From Flavobacterium sp. BFFFF1 (GTDB lineage Bacteria > Bacteroidota > Bacteroidia > Flavobacteriales > Flavobacteriaceae), in contig NZ_NKJE01000011.1 of NCBI RefSeq assembly GCF_002256285.1, positions 56,710 through 120,709 of the forward strand: a stretch of 64,000 nt of DNA, read 5' to 3'. The notes beneath the pieces were generated by a model, which was not told the DNA's origin, did no database searches, and worked only from the letters and a program-made list of their open reading frames with translations. How positions within the stretch are numbered: position 1 is the stretch's first letter; the number at the start of each line of letters is the position of its first letter. Positions 54,224 to 64,000 of the stretch are shown here, piece after piece. A program made the position numbers and the translations under genes.

Positions 54224-56531
54224 AAAAAAAGGGCTGTTGGTATGCGCATTCTTTTTGATGTGTTGGGCATCAGTTTTCGCCCAGCAAAAACAGCCTTTGA
54301 AAACGATTTTCGGCGATATTGAGAAAGCGTATGGCGTTCACTTTAATTTCATAGAGGAAGAAGTCGCCAATGTGTCGATTTTCCCACCAAACCCGGCGTT
54401 ACCGTTAGCAAAAAAAATTTTTTACCTTGAAAATCGCACCGATCTTCACTTTGAAGTTGTTGCAGGCGTCTACATCACCGTTTCCAAAAAGCCGGTAGTG
54501 GAAGTGCCACCTCCGGAAAAGGAAGTCAGGGTATCGCTTGATGAAGTGGCGGTTGAAAAATACCTCACCACTGGAATTTCTAAAAAGGCGGACGGAGCCT
54601 ATTTGATTAAACCAAAAAAACTCGGAATCCTTCCCGGCCTTACCGACACCGACGTGTTACAGACCATGCAGCAGATTCCCGGAATCTACAGTGCAGATGA
54701 AACCGTTACCAACATCAACATCCGCGGTGGGACACACGATCAGAACCTCTTTCTGTGGAATGGGATCCGCATGTTTCAGACCGGGCACTTTTTCGGCCTG
54801 ATTTCTGCTTTTAACCCAAACCTGAACGATAAGATTGAAATATTCAAGAACGGTACCTCGGCGTTCTATGGAGAGGGCGTCTCCGGAGTAGTCGCCATTA
54901 CATCGGGTGCTGCAAAAACAGACAGCACGACCTGTATCAGCTCCAACCTGATCTGGGCCGGTTTTAACACAAAGTTGCGCATGTCTGATAAGGCGTTTTT
55001 TACAGTCTCGGCACGGCGATCCATGACTGATTTTTTTCGTTCTCCAACTTACAAGAAATATTACAATAGGATTTTCCAGAATACCGTGGTAACAGACCTG
55101 AACAATAATCAGGCTGTCGACTATCAAAACAATGAGGATTTTTATTTCTATGACCTTACGGCGCAGTATCACCACCAGGTTGGTGCCAAAAATGAATTGG
55201 ACATCGCCACCATTGCCATCAGGAACTTATTGGATTTAAATGAAAGCACCACGACAGAAAACGGATTTGTTTCAAAAAACAGCACATTAGGGCAGCAAAA
55301 TTTCGGCATAAACCTTTACTGGAAAACAAATTGGGACGACCGGAATACGACGATCGCTTCGTTTTATGCATCACACTACAATCTGGACTCACAATATGAA
55401 AACATCAACAACAGCCAGATTCAGAAACAGAAAAACAGCGTCAGCGACAATGGTCTGCGCGTTGAACACCGGCACCGGCTGCAGGATTTATGGTCTCTGA
55501 ATGCGGGCTACCAATACATAGAGACCGGAGTCCGGAATGACGAGGAAATCAACAATCCCGCCTTTTTGAGATTCAATAAAAAAGTGGTGAGAACCCATGC
55601 ACTGATTCTGGAGTCAGACTGGAAAGCGCCAAACAACCTTACGGGACTAAAAACGGGTCTGAGGAGCAATTACATCAAGGAATTCGATAAGTTCATCCTG
55701 GAGCCCAGACTACAATTTTACCATAGTTTTGACGGGCATTTTCGAATGACGATTTCGGCCGAACAAAAAAGCCAGACCGTATCCCAAGCCGTGGATTTAC
55801 AGCAGGATTTCCTCGGAGTGGAAAAACGGCGCTGGGTCATTGCCGACAATTCCCAAATCCCTATTCAACGCAGCCGTCAGGCAGAAATTGGATTTACCTG
55901 GAAAAATAAGAAATGGCTCGTTACGTTCGATAACTTCATAAAAAAAGTGGATGGTATTTCTACCAGCGGCCAGTCTTTCCAAAACCAGCTGGAGTTTGTA
56001 AAACTTAATGGAAGTTATCGGGTTTATGGTACTGAACTGCTTGTGCAGCGAAACTTTGGCAAAGTCTACAGTTGGATGAGCTATAGCATTAACAACAACA
56101 AGTACAACTTCCCGGAATACATTCCGCCGAAATTCCCCAGCAATTATGAAATTGCCCACATGGTTTCAGGCGCGGTAATCTATGACTGGCGGCAGTTCAA
56201 AACGGCTCTCGGTGCAAAATGGTACACTGGCAGGGCCGAAACTACGCCAATCAGTACCACACTAACTCCTAACCAACCTGGGATTATTTACAACAACCCA
56301 AACAATGAGCGTCTTGGCAACTTTTTTCAGGTGAATCTATCGGTTTCCTACCAGTGGAAAGTTTTTAAAAAGGGAAATTTTGAAGCGAGTTTTGCGGTAC
56401 TAAACCTTTTAAACAAACACAATATCATCAACCGATATTATCGTGTAAATACTGAAACCAACAGTGCGGAAAGCGTCAATACCTACGCTTTGGGACGTAC
56501 GCCAAACTTAAGCCTGAAGCTGCAGATCTAA
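54216..56531 (+). CDS. TonB-dependent receptor with an N-terminal signalling extension
   Basis: STN-like N-terminus, plug motif NIRGGTHDQNLFLWNG, C-terminal PNLSLKLQI. Confidence 0.85.
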   Translation: MIKKKGLLVCAFFLMCWASVFAQQKQPLKTIFGDIEKAYGVHFNFIEEEVANVSIFPPNPALPLAKKIFYLENRTDLHFEVVAGVYITVSKKPVVEVPPPEKEVRVSLDEVAVEKYLTTGISKKADGAYLIKPKKLGILPGLTDTDVLQTMQQIPGIYSADETVTNINIRGGTHDQNLFLWNGIRMFQTGHFFGLISAFNPNLNDKIEIFKNGTSAFYGEGVSGVVAITSGAAKTDSTTCISSNLIWAGFNTKLRMSDKAFFTVSARRSMTDFFRSPTYKKYYNRIFQNTVVTDLNNNQAVDYQNNEDFYFYDLTAQYHHQVGAKNELDIATIAIRNLLDLNESTTTENGFVSKNSTLGQQNFGINLYWKTNWDDRNTTIASFYASHYNLDSQYENINNSQIQKQKNSVSDNGLRVEHRHRLQDLWSLNAGYQYIETGVRNDEEINNPAFLRFNKKVVRTHALILESDWKAPNNLTGLKTGLRSNYIKEFDKFILEPRLQFYHSFDGHFRMTISAEQKSQTVSQAVDLQQDFLGVEKRRWVIADNSQIPIQRSRQAEIGFTWKNKKWLVTFDNFIKKVDGISTSGQSFQNQLEFVKLNGSYRVYGTELLVQRNFGKVYSWMSYSINNNKYNFPEYIPPKFPSNYEIAHMVSGAVIYDWRQFKTALGAKWYTGRAETTPISTTLTPNQPGIIYNNPNNERLGNFFQVNLSVSYQWKVFKKGNFEASFAVLNLLNKHNIINRYYRVNTETNSAESVNTYALGRTPNLSLKLQI

Positions 56532-58216
56532 AATTGGAAATAGATAAAGGGCTGCGTTCCGCTGGTCGATGTGGCGTATACTACCCAAAAGGCAAGCGCC
56601 AATACGAAGGCTTTTCCGATGATCGGCAGTCTGTCAAATGACGATTTCATCAAACCGGTAACCGGCGCGGGGAGAAAATGCCAAAGGTATCCGATCAGCA
56701 TCACCAGAAATACATTCTTGTACCCCATAATGATTGTTGCCCATTCATTCAGATGGAAATTAAGATTTCCGATCATGCCAATGACGTCAAATGCAGTCGC
56801 GAAATCCCTTGCCCGGAAAAATATCCAGCAAAACGCAACAAAATGAAAAGTGATAATCACGGAGACAAATGTCCATAATCCTTTGCCGAAAGTTTTTGTT
56901 TCCGATCGTTTTGAAGGAAAATATTCTGAGAAAATCTTATTCACTGCCAACGCCATTCCGTGTAAAGCACCCCAGATGATAAAGCGGAAACTTGGTCCGT
57001 GCCATAAACCGCCCAGTAACATGGTCGTCATTAAGTTGACATTCGTAAATAATGTTCGCTTCTTGTCTTTTGCCAGCAGAAAAGTCAGTATAAATACAAA
57101 AAGTGATGCCAATGAAACATACAGCGGAATCATGCTAGTGGCGCTATACACCACCCCGAAAGTAATCAGGCCACCAAAGAACAGGCAGGGAAACAAAAAC
57201 CCACCGAACGATCCCCTTCGGTTTCCTCCTACTGAGATGTAAAGGTAATCACGCAGCCAGGTGGAGAGCGAAATATGCCATCTTCTCCAGAACTCGGTGA
57301 TGGAAGCCGATTTATAAGGCGTTCTGAAGTTCACCGACAACTTAAATCCCATCAATAGCGCAATCCCGATGGCCATATCCGAGTATCCTGAGAAATCACA
57401 ATAAATCTGAATAGTATAGCCATAAGAAGCCATAAGATTTTCAAATGCAGTGTAGCTTTTCGGTGCGTCAAAAACACGGTCGACAAAATTCAGGGAAATG
57501 TAATCTGAGATAAATGTCTTCTTAATCAAGCCCCCGATGATTAGGAACAATGCGTTGTTGACGTCTTCCCTGGACAGCCGCAATTTAGCGTAAATCTGAG
57601 GGATAAATTCAGACGCACGAACGATAGGGCCTGCTACCAGTTGTGGAAAAAATGACACGAAGAACATATAGTCAAGGATGTTTTTCGTTGGTTTGAGTTC
57701 ACGTCGGTAAATGTCAATGATGTAGCTCATCGACTGGAAGGTATAAAATGAAATACCCACCGGCAAAATGATCTCATGAAATTTCAAATGCCCGTCAAAA
57801 AGTCCGTTATAGTTTTCGATCAGGAAGTTCGTGTATTTAAAATACCCTAAAAAGCATAGATTGAGTACGACACTGAGTACGAGGTAAAATTTGCGGTAGC
57901 TTTCAAGGACTTCGTCATAAAGCAACTTCGCCAGATTGTAGTCTACCACTCCTGAGAACAGCAGCAATACGAAATACACACCGCTGGATTTGTAATAAAA
58001 AAACAGCGAAAACAGAAATACGTACAAATTCCGCAGCGCATGCGTCTTTGCCTTGGTTGTCAGGATATAAACGGGATAAAAGACCAGGAAAAGTCCAAGG
58101 AACAAAGCCGTATTAAACAGAATTGGATGTTTCTTATCATACGTGAACCAGGTTTGAACCTGTTCCATAGTGAACTCACCAAAGATCGTTGTTATCCAGT
58201 GCTGAATCTCTCCCAC
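56528..58216 (-). CDS. MBOAT O-acyltransferase (AlgI/PatA-like)
   Basis: LPVGISFYTFQ, FFPQLVAGPI, FWRRWHISLS, GLWHG. Confidence 0.93.
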   Translation of the reverse strand: MGEIQHWITTIFGEFTMEQVQTWFTYDKKHPILFNTALFLGLFLVFYPVYILTTKAKTHALRNLYVFLFSLFFYYKSSGVYFVLLLFSGVVDYNLAKLLYDEVLESYRKFYLVLSVVLNLCFLGYFKYTNFLIENYNGLFDGHLKFHEIILPVGISFYTFQSMSYIIDIYRRELKPTKNILDYMFFVSFFPQLVAGPIVRASEFIPQIYAKLRLSREDVNNALFLIIGGLIKKTFISDYISLNFVDRVFDAPKSYTAFENLMASYGYTIQIYCDFSGYSDMAIGIALLMGFKLSVNFRTPYKSASITEFWRRWHISLSTWLRDYLYISVGGNRRGSFGGFLFPCLFFGGLITFGVVYSATSMIPLYVSLASLFVFILTFLLAKDKKRTLFTNVNLMTTMLLGGLWHGPSFRFIIWGALHGMALAVNKIFSEYFPSKRSETKTFGKGLWTFVSVIITFHFVAFCWIFFRARDFATAFDVIGMIGNLNFHLNEWATIIMGYKNVFLVMLIGYLWHFLPAPVTGLMKSSFDRLPIIGKAFVLALAFWVVYATSTSGTQPFIYFQF

Positions 58217-58222
58217 GCCTAA

Positions 58223-59644
58223 TTATTGTTTAGTTTTTTTATAATTCGAAAAAGTTCCCAAAATCGCTTCCGTTAGCAGGTCACCCTGTTTTTCATAACC
58301 CGCTTTAGAATAATGCACGCGATCTCCTGCCATAAGTCCCTGTCTGTAATTCCTGCTAACGCCGTAAAGCCCTCCCAACTGTGCATACATATCCCAAACC
58401 GCATAATTGTCATCGGTGGCAACATTCAGGATTTTTTGTGCATAGTCTGCCACATAGACATTCGGGATTTTCCGTTTGAACATCGAGGGTGAAGGGGTAG
58501 CAACCAATATGTCCGCACCAGTTTCCTGTGCGCGCACATTTTGCATAAACAGTTCGAGCTGTTTCATATAATCTTCAGAGCGCATCTTGTCAAAAGATTC
58601 ATTGGTTCCCAATGCCACAATAATCAGATCTGGCTGTAATGCCTTCAACTGTTCAAAAAACATAGGGTATTTGTTGTAGTCTGAAAGCTTGGCGCCATTC
58701 ACACCGATATTGTGATAGACAATCCCGGGATCATTGTTCTCCAGCACAATCCCATTTAGCGTATAAGAATCCTGATTTTTACCTGGAAGCAGGTAAATTT
58801 TTTCGAGCTTTTCCTGCGTGATGTAAAAATGGGTATCATTGTCTGCCAGCAAAGGGAGCGGAATAAACTCGGAACGCTCCACCCGCTTCTTCTGCATTTC
58901 GTCGGTAGGGATTTTAAGTGTTTTTCCAGCGCGTATGCGGTCCGATCTAAGTCCGTTGGCCCGCTTCAGTTGAGAAATTGAAACATTGTATTTATCAGCG
59001 ATGATTGACAGGGCCTCACCATTTTTAATCTTGTGCGTGATGCTTTTCGGAACGTTCGACTCGAGCGTGATGGTCCGCTTTGCAGTTGCGATGTTAAAGC
59101 TATTGCTATTATTTGGGGTAATAATCTTAATCGTATTGAAAAAATTACTTTCTTCTTTCGCATTGATTTCAACAGCAAAATCGTCGCTTTTTGAAGTCAG
59201 TGCGATGCCGCTTAGCCCCACCCTGCTGCCGTTGACAGGGGAAACGATGCGGTAACTTTCCCAGCGTTCGTTAGAAGAAAACCGAACATCCCATGAACCA
59301 TTAGTCCGCGCCAGCGAATGCGGAAAGATTAATCCACGCCCTCCATTTCCAAACGCCTCCTGAAGTGATTCGCGCACGCGATTGGTGATTAAATCGGCCT
59401 GAATATGGGAATCGCCGATGTGCACGATATTGATCTTGCCGGTGTGGCTTTTATCGAGCTTGTATAATTTCTCGAGAAAAGACGCGATTGCCATCGGGTT
59501 TTGAATGCCGTTCTCGGGAATGATTATGGGAATGGTGTCGACTTCCACCGAATCGGTTTCCACCAGGGTAGAGTCAGCGACCTGCCCCCTCATCTGCGGA
59601 AGCGCAAACAGGAAAAATACCAGCAAGAGCAGCTTATTCTTCAT
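58223..59644 (-). CDS. SGNH/GDSL O-acetyltransferase-like protein with an internal LysM domain
   Basis: GDSHIQAD, GVNGA, GTNE, DRVH; LysM HKIKNGEALSIIADKYNVSISQLKRANGL. Start moved to MKNKL. Confidence 0.85.
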   Translation of the reverse strand: MKNKLLLLVFFLFALPQMRGQVADSTLVETDSVEVDTIPIIIPENGIQNPMAIASFLEKLYKLDKSHTGKINIVHIGDSHIQADLITNRVRESLQEAFGNGGRGLIFPHSLARTNGSWDVRFSSNERWESYRIVSPVNGSRVGLSGIALTSKSDDFAVEINAKEESNFFNTIKIITPNNSNSFNIATAKRTITLESNVPKSITHKIKNGEALSIIADKYNVSISQLKRANGLRSDRIRAGKTLKIPTDEMQKKRVERSEFIPLPLLADNDTHFYITQEKLEKIYLLPGKNQDSYTLNGIVLENNDPGIVYHNIGVNGAKLSDYNKYPMFFEQLKALQPDLIIVALGTNESFDKMRSEDYMKQLELFMQNVRAQETGADILVATPSPSMFKRKIPNVYVADYAQKILNVATDDNYAVWDMYAQLGGLYGVSRNYRQGLMAGDRVHYSKAGYEKQGDLLTEAILGTFSNYKKTKQ

Positions 59645-61100
59645 CGTCAGGATTTGCGTTATCAGGAGCGATGCTGTCGATTGGATGCTCATCGGATTCA
59701 GCTTTTCCCTCTGTGCTTTTCCTCAACTGCTTGAATTGCTCATATCCTGCATTTAATTGGCTATACAACATCGCAGCCACTTTTTTTGCACCGCGAAAAT
59801 TAAAATGGGTATAGTCCTTATTGGCCATCGCTGGTTCTTCCTCAACCCATTTGACCATAGACCCGTCGCCGCCCATCAAAGTATACAGATTCACAAATCC
59901 CGAAGCCGTTTTAAGCGCATAATGCTTCTGGGCATTGCTCAGTGGCACGACAGCCGAATCTGTTTTCATTTCGGTGTCATATTTCGTAGCCTTATCCGCC
60001 GTGGAAATGATCAGGATGGAAACCCCGGGAAAGCACTCGCGAAGGCGATTTACCGTACGGGTCATGCTTTTCTCGTACCAATTGTAATTTTTGGTACCAT
60101 AGTTCAGAACATTGGTTCCATAGTGCAATACGATAAGGTCATAATTCAATTTCTTCTGAAACGCCTTCATCAATGATACATCGAAATTAGAAATGGGAAT
60201 ACCTGAATTGCCGCGTTGGGAAAAGTTGTCAATGTGAACCCCTTTACCATCGTCAAAATTAAACCCATAAACCGGAATTGACCTTGCCGATTTAAAGTCA
60301 ACCTTTACCGATTTCAAGCCATTTTGCGAAAGGTTGAGCGTATTCAATAAATTGTCGGTAACAAGTTTTTTACGAAGCGTATCTTTCCCTACAACATAAC
60401 TGATTTCGCCTTTTTTATTTTCTGAACTTCCGTAGAATAATGTCGGATTGTCGAGCTGGGTGGTGTATTTACCGCTTTTGTATTTCACCCATGCGATGTG
60501 GTTGGTATCATTGGCAAAAAATACGTGTCCATTGATTCCGAAAGGCCGTGCAGGATTTTTAACATTCAGGTAAGACTGCATCTTCCAGTTTGAAGAAAAC
60601 TCATGAATTACTGAACTGCGTGAGGCCGCGGACTCTGACGTTATCGCTACAAAACCTACACCTTTTCCGCCATACTTATGCTGAAAATTGTTCCGCAAAT
60701 CCTGAACAATCATATCGCCGTCAGTCATGGAGTCGCCGAAGTAGGCAATCCGCACATTGCCGTTTTGGGCGGTTTCGAGCTGGTACAACTTTTCGTAAAA
60801 TGAAATCAGGTATTGGTTTCCCTTGTAATCTTCATATTGCTCTTCGGGGAACTTTATGCCGTTTGTCGCGTAATAGGTTATCGGCTGGTTGCCTAAGGTG
60901 TCACCTATACCCGCTTGTGCGGAATCTTTTTCCGCCTCAAACGCATCAATCAGCATGCTGTCAATAAGCACATTTTTAGTCGCGCCGGCCTTTTCCGAAA
61001 AGATGCGCTTCGGCAGCACACGTTTCACGCCCAAAAAGAACACAGCTGACAGCAAAACGATCAGGAAAGAACGAAAGAAATACGATTTCGGAGCACTCAC
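59634..61100 (-). CDS. Membrane-anchored SGNH-family protein (AlgJ/PatB-like)
   Basis: N-terminal TM, GDSMTDGD, GTNV, DYTH; GTG start. Confidence 0.82.
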   Translation of the reverse strand: MSAPKSYFFRSFLIVLLSAVFFLGVKRVLPKRIFSEKAGATKNVLIDSMLIDAFEAEKDSAQAGIGDTLGNQPITYYATNGIKFPEEQYEDYKGNQYLISFYEKLYQLETAQNGNVRIAYFGDSMTDGDMIVQDLRNNFQHKYGGKGVGFVAITSESAASRSSVIHEFSSNWKMQSYLNVKNPARPFGINGHVFFANDTNHIAWVKYKSGKYTTQLDNPTLFYGSSENKKGEISYVVGKDTLRKKLVTDNLLNTLNLSQNGLKSVKVDFKSARSIPVYGFNFDDGKGVHIDNFSQRGNSGIPISNFDVSLMKAFQKKLNYDLIVLHYGTNVLNYGTKNYNWYEKSMTRTVNRLRECFPGVSILIISTADKATKYDTEMKTDSAVVPLSNAQKHYALKTASGFVNLYTLMGGDGSMVKWVEEEPAMANKDYTHFNFRGAKKVAAMLYSQLNAGYEQFKQLRKSTEGKAESDEHPIDSIAPDNANPDDEE

Positions 61101-61125
61101 AAAAAAGAAATTGTTATAAATTTAA

Positions 61126-62904
61126 TTACATACGTTCCGGAACTTCAATCCCGAGCAACCTAAATGCAGATGCAATGGTTTCGGCAACTTTTTTTGAAAG
61201 CTGGACACGGAAGGTTTTTTGCGTAATATCATCTGTTCCCAATATCGGGACAGCCTGATAAAAAGAGTTGTATTCTTTAACCAATTCATAGGTGTAGTTC
61301 GCAATCAGGGCCGGGCTGTTTGTTTCAGCGGCGCTTGTGATGATTTCAGGATACTGTTCGAGCAATTTGATTAACTCCTTTTCTTTCGGATCAAGTGCAT
61401 AATTACCGACGGGTCCTGAGAAGTCAAAACCTGCTTTCCTGATAATCGATTGAATACGTGCATAAGTATATTGGATGAATGGACCGGTGTTTCCTGCAAA
61501 ATCTACTGACTCTTCCGGATTAAAAAGGATGCGTTTTTTAGGGTCAACCTTTAGGATATAGTACTTTAACGCACCCAGGCCAATTATCTTATATAGCTTT
61601 TGTTTTTCTTCATCAGAGTAGCCTTCGAGTTTCCCAAGTTCCTCTGAAATCTTTGCTGCAGTGTGCACCATGTCGGCCATAAGATCATCGGCATCGACCA
61701 CGGTCCCTTCACGGCTTTTCATTTTACCCGATGGCAAATCCACCATACCATAAGACAAATGGTACAGCGATTCCGCCCATTCAAAACCTAATTTTTTAAG
61801 GATCAGGAACAGCACTTTAAAGTGATAATCCTGTTCATTACCGACGGTGTAGACCATACCGCCTACGTCCGGAAAATCTTTAACACGCTGGATTGCTGTC
61901 CCGATATCCTGTGTCATATATACTGCGGTCCCGTCAGCACGAAGGACAATTTTTCGGTCAAGGCCTTCCTCAGTAAGGTCAATCCATACCGATCCATCTG
62001 GGTCTTTTTCGAAAATCCCTTTTTCAAGACCAAACTGGACCACTTCCTTACCTAATAAATAGGTATCGCTTTCGTAGTAGTTTTTATCGAAACTAACGCC
62101 AAGGTTATGATAGGTTTCAGCAAAGCCGTCATAAACCCACTGGTTCATGGTATTCCAAAGGCGCAAGACAGCCTCATCGCCGGCCTCCCAGGCGAGAAGC
62201 ATCTGCTGTGCCTCAAGCATAATTGGTGCTTTCTTTTTTGCCTCTTCTTCGCTGAGTCCATCCGCGACCAATTCAGCAACCTGATTTTTATATTCTTTGT
62301 CAAAGGCCACATAAAAATTACCGACGACTTTATCTCCTTTCAAACCTGATGAATCAGGCGTCTGGTATTTTCCAAATTTCTCCCACGCCACCATCGATTT
62401 ACAGATGTGGATACCGCGATCGTTTACGATCTGGGTTTTGTAGACTTTCTTTCCTGACGCTTCAATGATCTGAGCCACCGCATAGCCTAACAGGATGTTG
62501 CGGACGTGCCCCAGGTGTAAAGGCTTATTGGTATTTGGTGAAGAATATTCAACCATGACCGCCTTGGCATGCTGTTCGGGATTTTTGAACCCAAAACGCG
62601 CGTCATCTTTCATGCCATTAAAGAAGTCCACATAATATGAATCATCAATCACAATGTTTAAAAAACCCGAGACCACATTAAATTGCCTGACTAGATCAGT
62701 GTTCGCGACAAGATAATTACCAATTTCATTCCCGAGGTAGGGTAAACTACTCTTCAATTGTTTTAGCAGAGGAAAGAGAACCATGGTGACGTCGCCACTG
62801 AAATCCTTCCTGGTAGCCTGGAATTCGATTTTATCGATGTTTGCATCAAATAAAACGTGAATAGCTTCCTTGATTTTTTGGCTTAAAATATTTTGTAAAT
62901 CCAT
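61126..62904 (-). CDS. argS: Arginine--tRNA ligase
   Basis: SSPNTNKPLHLGH (HIGH-like), MKSREG, GPFIQYTYARI, VPERM end. Start moved to MDLQN. Confidence 0.97.
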   Translation of the reverse strand: MDLQNILSQKIKEAIHVLFDANIDKIEFQATRKDFSGDVTMVLFPLLKQLKSSLPYLGNEIGNYLVANTDLVRQFNVVSGFLNIVIDDSYYVDFFNGMKDDARFGFKNPEQHAKAVMVEYSSPNTNKPLHLGHVRNILLGYAVAQIIEASGKKVYKTQIVNDRGIHICKSMVAWEKFGKYQTPDSSGLKGDKVVGNFYVAFDKEYKNQVAELVADGLSEEEAKKKAPIMLEAQQMLLAWEAGDEAVLRLWNTMNQWVYDGFAETYHNLGVSFDKNYYESDTYLLGKEVVQFGLEKGIFEKDPDGSVWIDLTEEGLDRKIVLRADGTAVYMTQDIGTAIQRVKDFPDVGGMVYTVGNEQDYHFKVLFLILKKLGFEWAESLYHLSYGMVDLPSGKMKSREGTVVDADDLMADMVHTAAKISEELGKLEGYSDEEKQKLYKIIGLGALKYYILKVDPKKRILFNPEESVDFAGNTGPFIQYTYARIQSIIRKAGFDFSGPVGNYALDPKEKELIKLLEQYPEIITSAAETNSPALIANYTYELVKEYNSFYQAVPILGTDDITQKTFRVQLSKKVAETIASAFRLLGIEVPERM

Positions 62905-63121
62905 GGGTTTCAAATTTGAAAGCGCAAAGATAAATGTAATTCCGAAAACGCGTCATAAAAGTTGGTAAAATACCGTCGGAAAGCCCGCGAATGTTAAAAA
63001 ATAGTGCAATCATGTGCATTATTTTCAGAGACGCGGATTTCGTTAACACGATTTTAGCATTTTTTAGAATTATTTATAAAATTATTGTTATGTTTGTTTC
63101 CTTAAAATTTATAATGTGGTT

Positions 63122-64000
63122 ATGAAAAAAAGTTTATTTTTTATGATGTTATTGGCATCGTTTGCTGGGTTTTCACAAGCGATAACAGTCAACACAACGA
63201 CTTACACTCCATCACAACTTGTCAATGATGTGTTGATTAATTCTCCGTGTACCAGCGGTCAGAATGTTGTGGCAACAACTGGAACTAATTTCGGTTCAGT
63301 CAATGGAATAGGGTATTTCCAGAATGTAAGCAGCAATCCCAATTTTCCATTTACAAATGGTGTGGTATTGTCTACAGGGGATGTTACCAAAATTCCGGGA
63401 GTAAATCCAGCTACACCAAATACCACGACTTTGAGCGACGGTAACGCGGCATGGACGGGAGATACAGATCTCCAAAGTATACTGCTTTCACAATCAGGAA
63501 TCACGTTTAATTCAACGAATGCAACTTCACTGGAATTCCAGTTCACTCCGATTTCTGCAAATTTCAGTTTTGACTTTGTCTTTGCGTCTGAGGAATACGG
63601 ATTACTACAATGTAACTTCTCTGATGCATTCGCATTTATCCTTACCGATTTAACTGACAACACCACCACAAATCTTGCGGTTGTTGCAGGAAATCAGCCT
63701 ATTTCGGTAGCAACAATCAGGGATGCTTTATACAACAACAACTGCCCTTCGGTAAATCCTGGATTTTTTGGAGCATATAACGGATCGGGATTTGGACCGG
63801 CAATAAACTTTAATGGTCAAACCATCAAGATGACCGCCTCGGCAGTAGTTGACGTAACCCACGTTTACAAAATAAAACTCGTTATTGCGGATGGTGTAGA
63901 TTCTAATAACATCCCAAGCCCGTTATACGACTCTGCGGTGTTTTTAGGTGCAAATACCTTTAACATCGGAACGGAGGTTTTAGGTATTGATTATGTTCCG
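63122..64000 (+). CDS. Secreted protein with a choice-of-anchor L (SprB-like) N-terminal domain, partial
   Basis: Manual translation from ATG 63122: MKKSLFF...GVVLSTG...LEFQFTP...FVFASEEY...DAFAF...IKLVIADG...DSAVFL. Open to the window end, so absent from the ORF track. Confidence 0.82.
   Translation, partial: MKKSLFFMMLLASFAGFSQAITVNTTTYTPSQLVNDVLINSPCTSGQNVVATTGTNFGSVNGIGYFQNVSSNPNFPFTNGVVLSTGDVTKIPGVNPATPNTTTLSDGNAAWTGDTDLQSILLSQSGITFNSTNATSLEFQFTPISANFSFDFVFASEEYGLLQCNFSDAFAFILTDLTDNTTTNLAVVAGNQPISVATIRDALYNNNCPSVNPGFFGAYNGSGFGPAINFNGQTIKMTASAVVDVTHVYKIKLVIADGVDSNNIPSPLYDSAVFLGANTFNIGTEVLGIDYVP

Noticed and set aside
1-64000. Prophage, IS element, integron, tRNA or rRNA
   Set aside because: I recognised no integrase, transposase or structural phage genes, terminal inverted repeats, or tRNA/rRNA signatures by eye. 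A tRNAscan or Infernal run would be needed to exclude small RNAs fully.

Overview
This window looks like a Flavobacterium-like (Bacteroidota) chromosome segment, judged from TAnnTTTG -7 promoter boxes, T9SS C-terminal domains and gene content. In order it holds: a partial imuB plus imuA facing a divergent XRE/S24 repressor; a CarH/LitR-type B12 regulator with crtI-crtB-crtZ; an ECF sigma/DUF4252 operon; an S41 peptidase; a cobalamin riboswitch-controlled btuB and BtuG-like gene with divergent btuFCD-like genes; a stand-alone AprA-like methyltransferase; RNA-modification genes and rmuC; a 9-kb cluster with two lipoprotein c-type cytochromes, two tandem T9SS FG-GAP/ASPIC-UnbV paralogs, a DUF5777-like barrel, an anchored OB-fold protein and YceI; a KirBac channel; lipA, gap, a hybrid kinase and PNP; a 1595-aa multimodular GH81 glucanase; lpxK, Nif3, rluF, folD and ffh; an ECF-FecR-TonB system with a divergent LamG lipoprotein; an MBOAT/SGNH O-acetylation locus; argS; and a partial T9SS protein. 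I saw no CRISPR array, tRNA, rRNA, transposase or prophage. The best candidate for an undescribed system is the cytochrome/propeller/barrel/YceI cluster. Other leads are several operator and promoter motifs read directly from the DNA, a four-locus dispersed intergenic element, and orphan or remodelled proteins. All family assignments come from motif recognition; no database searches were run.
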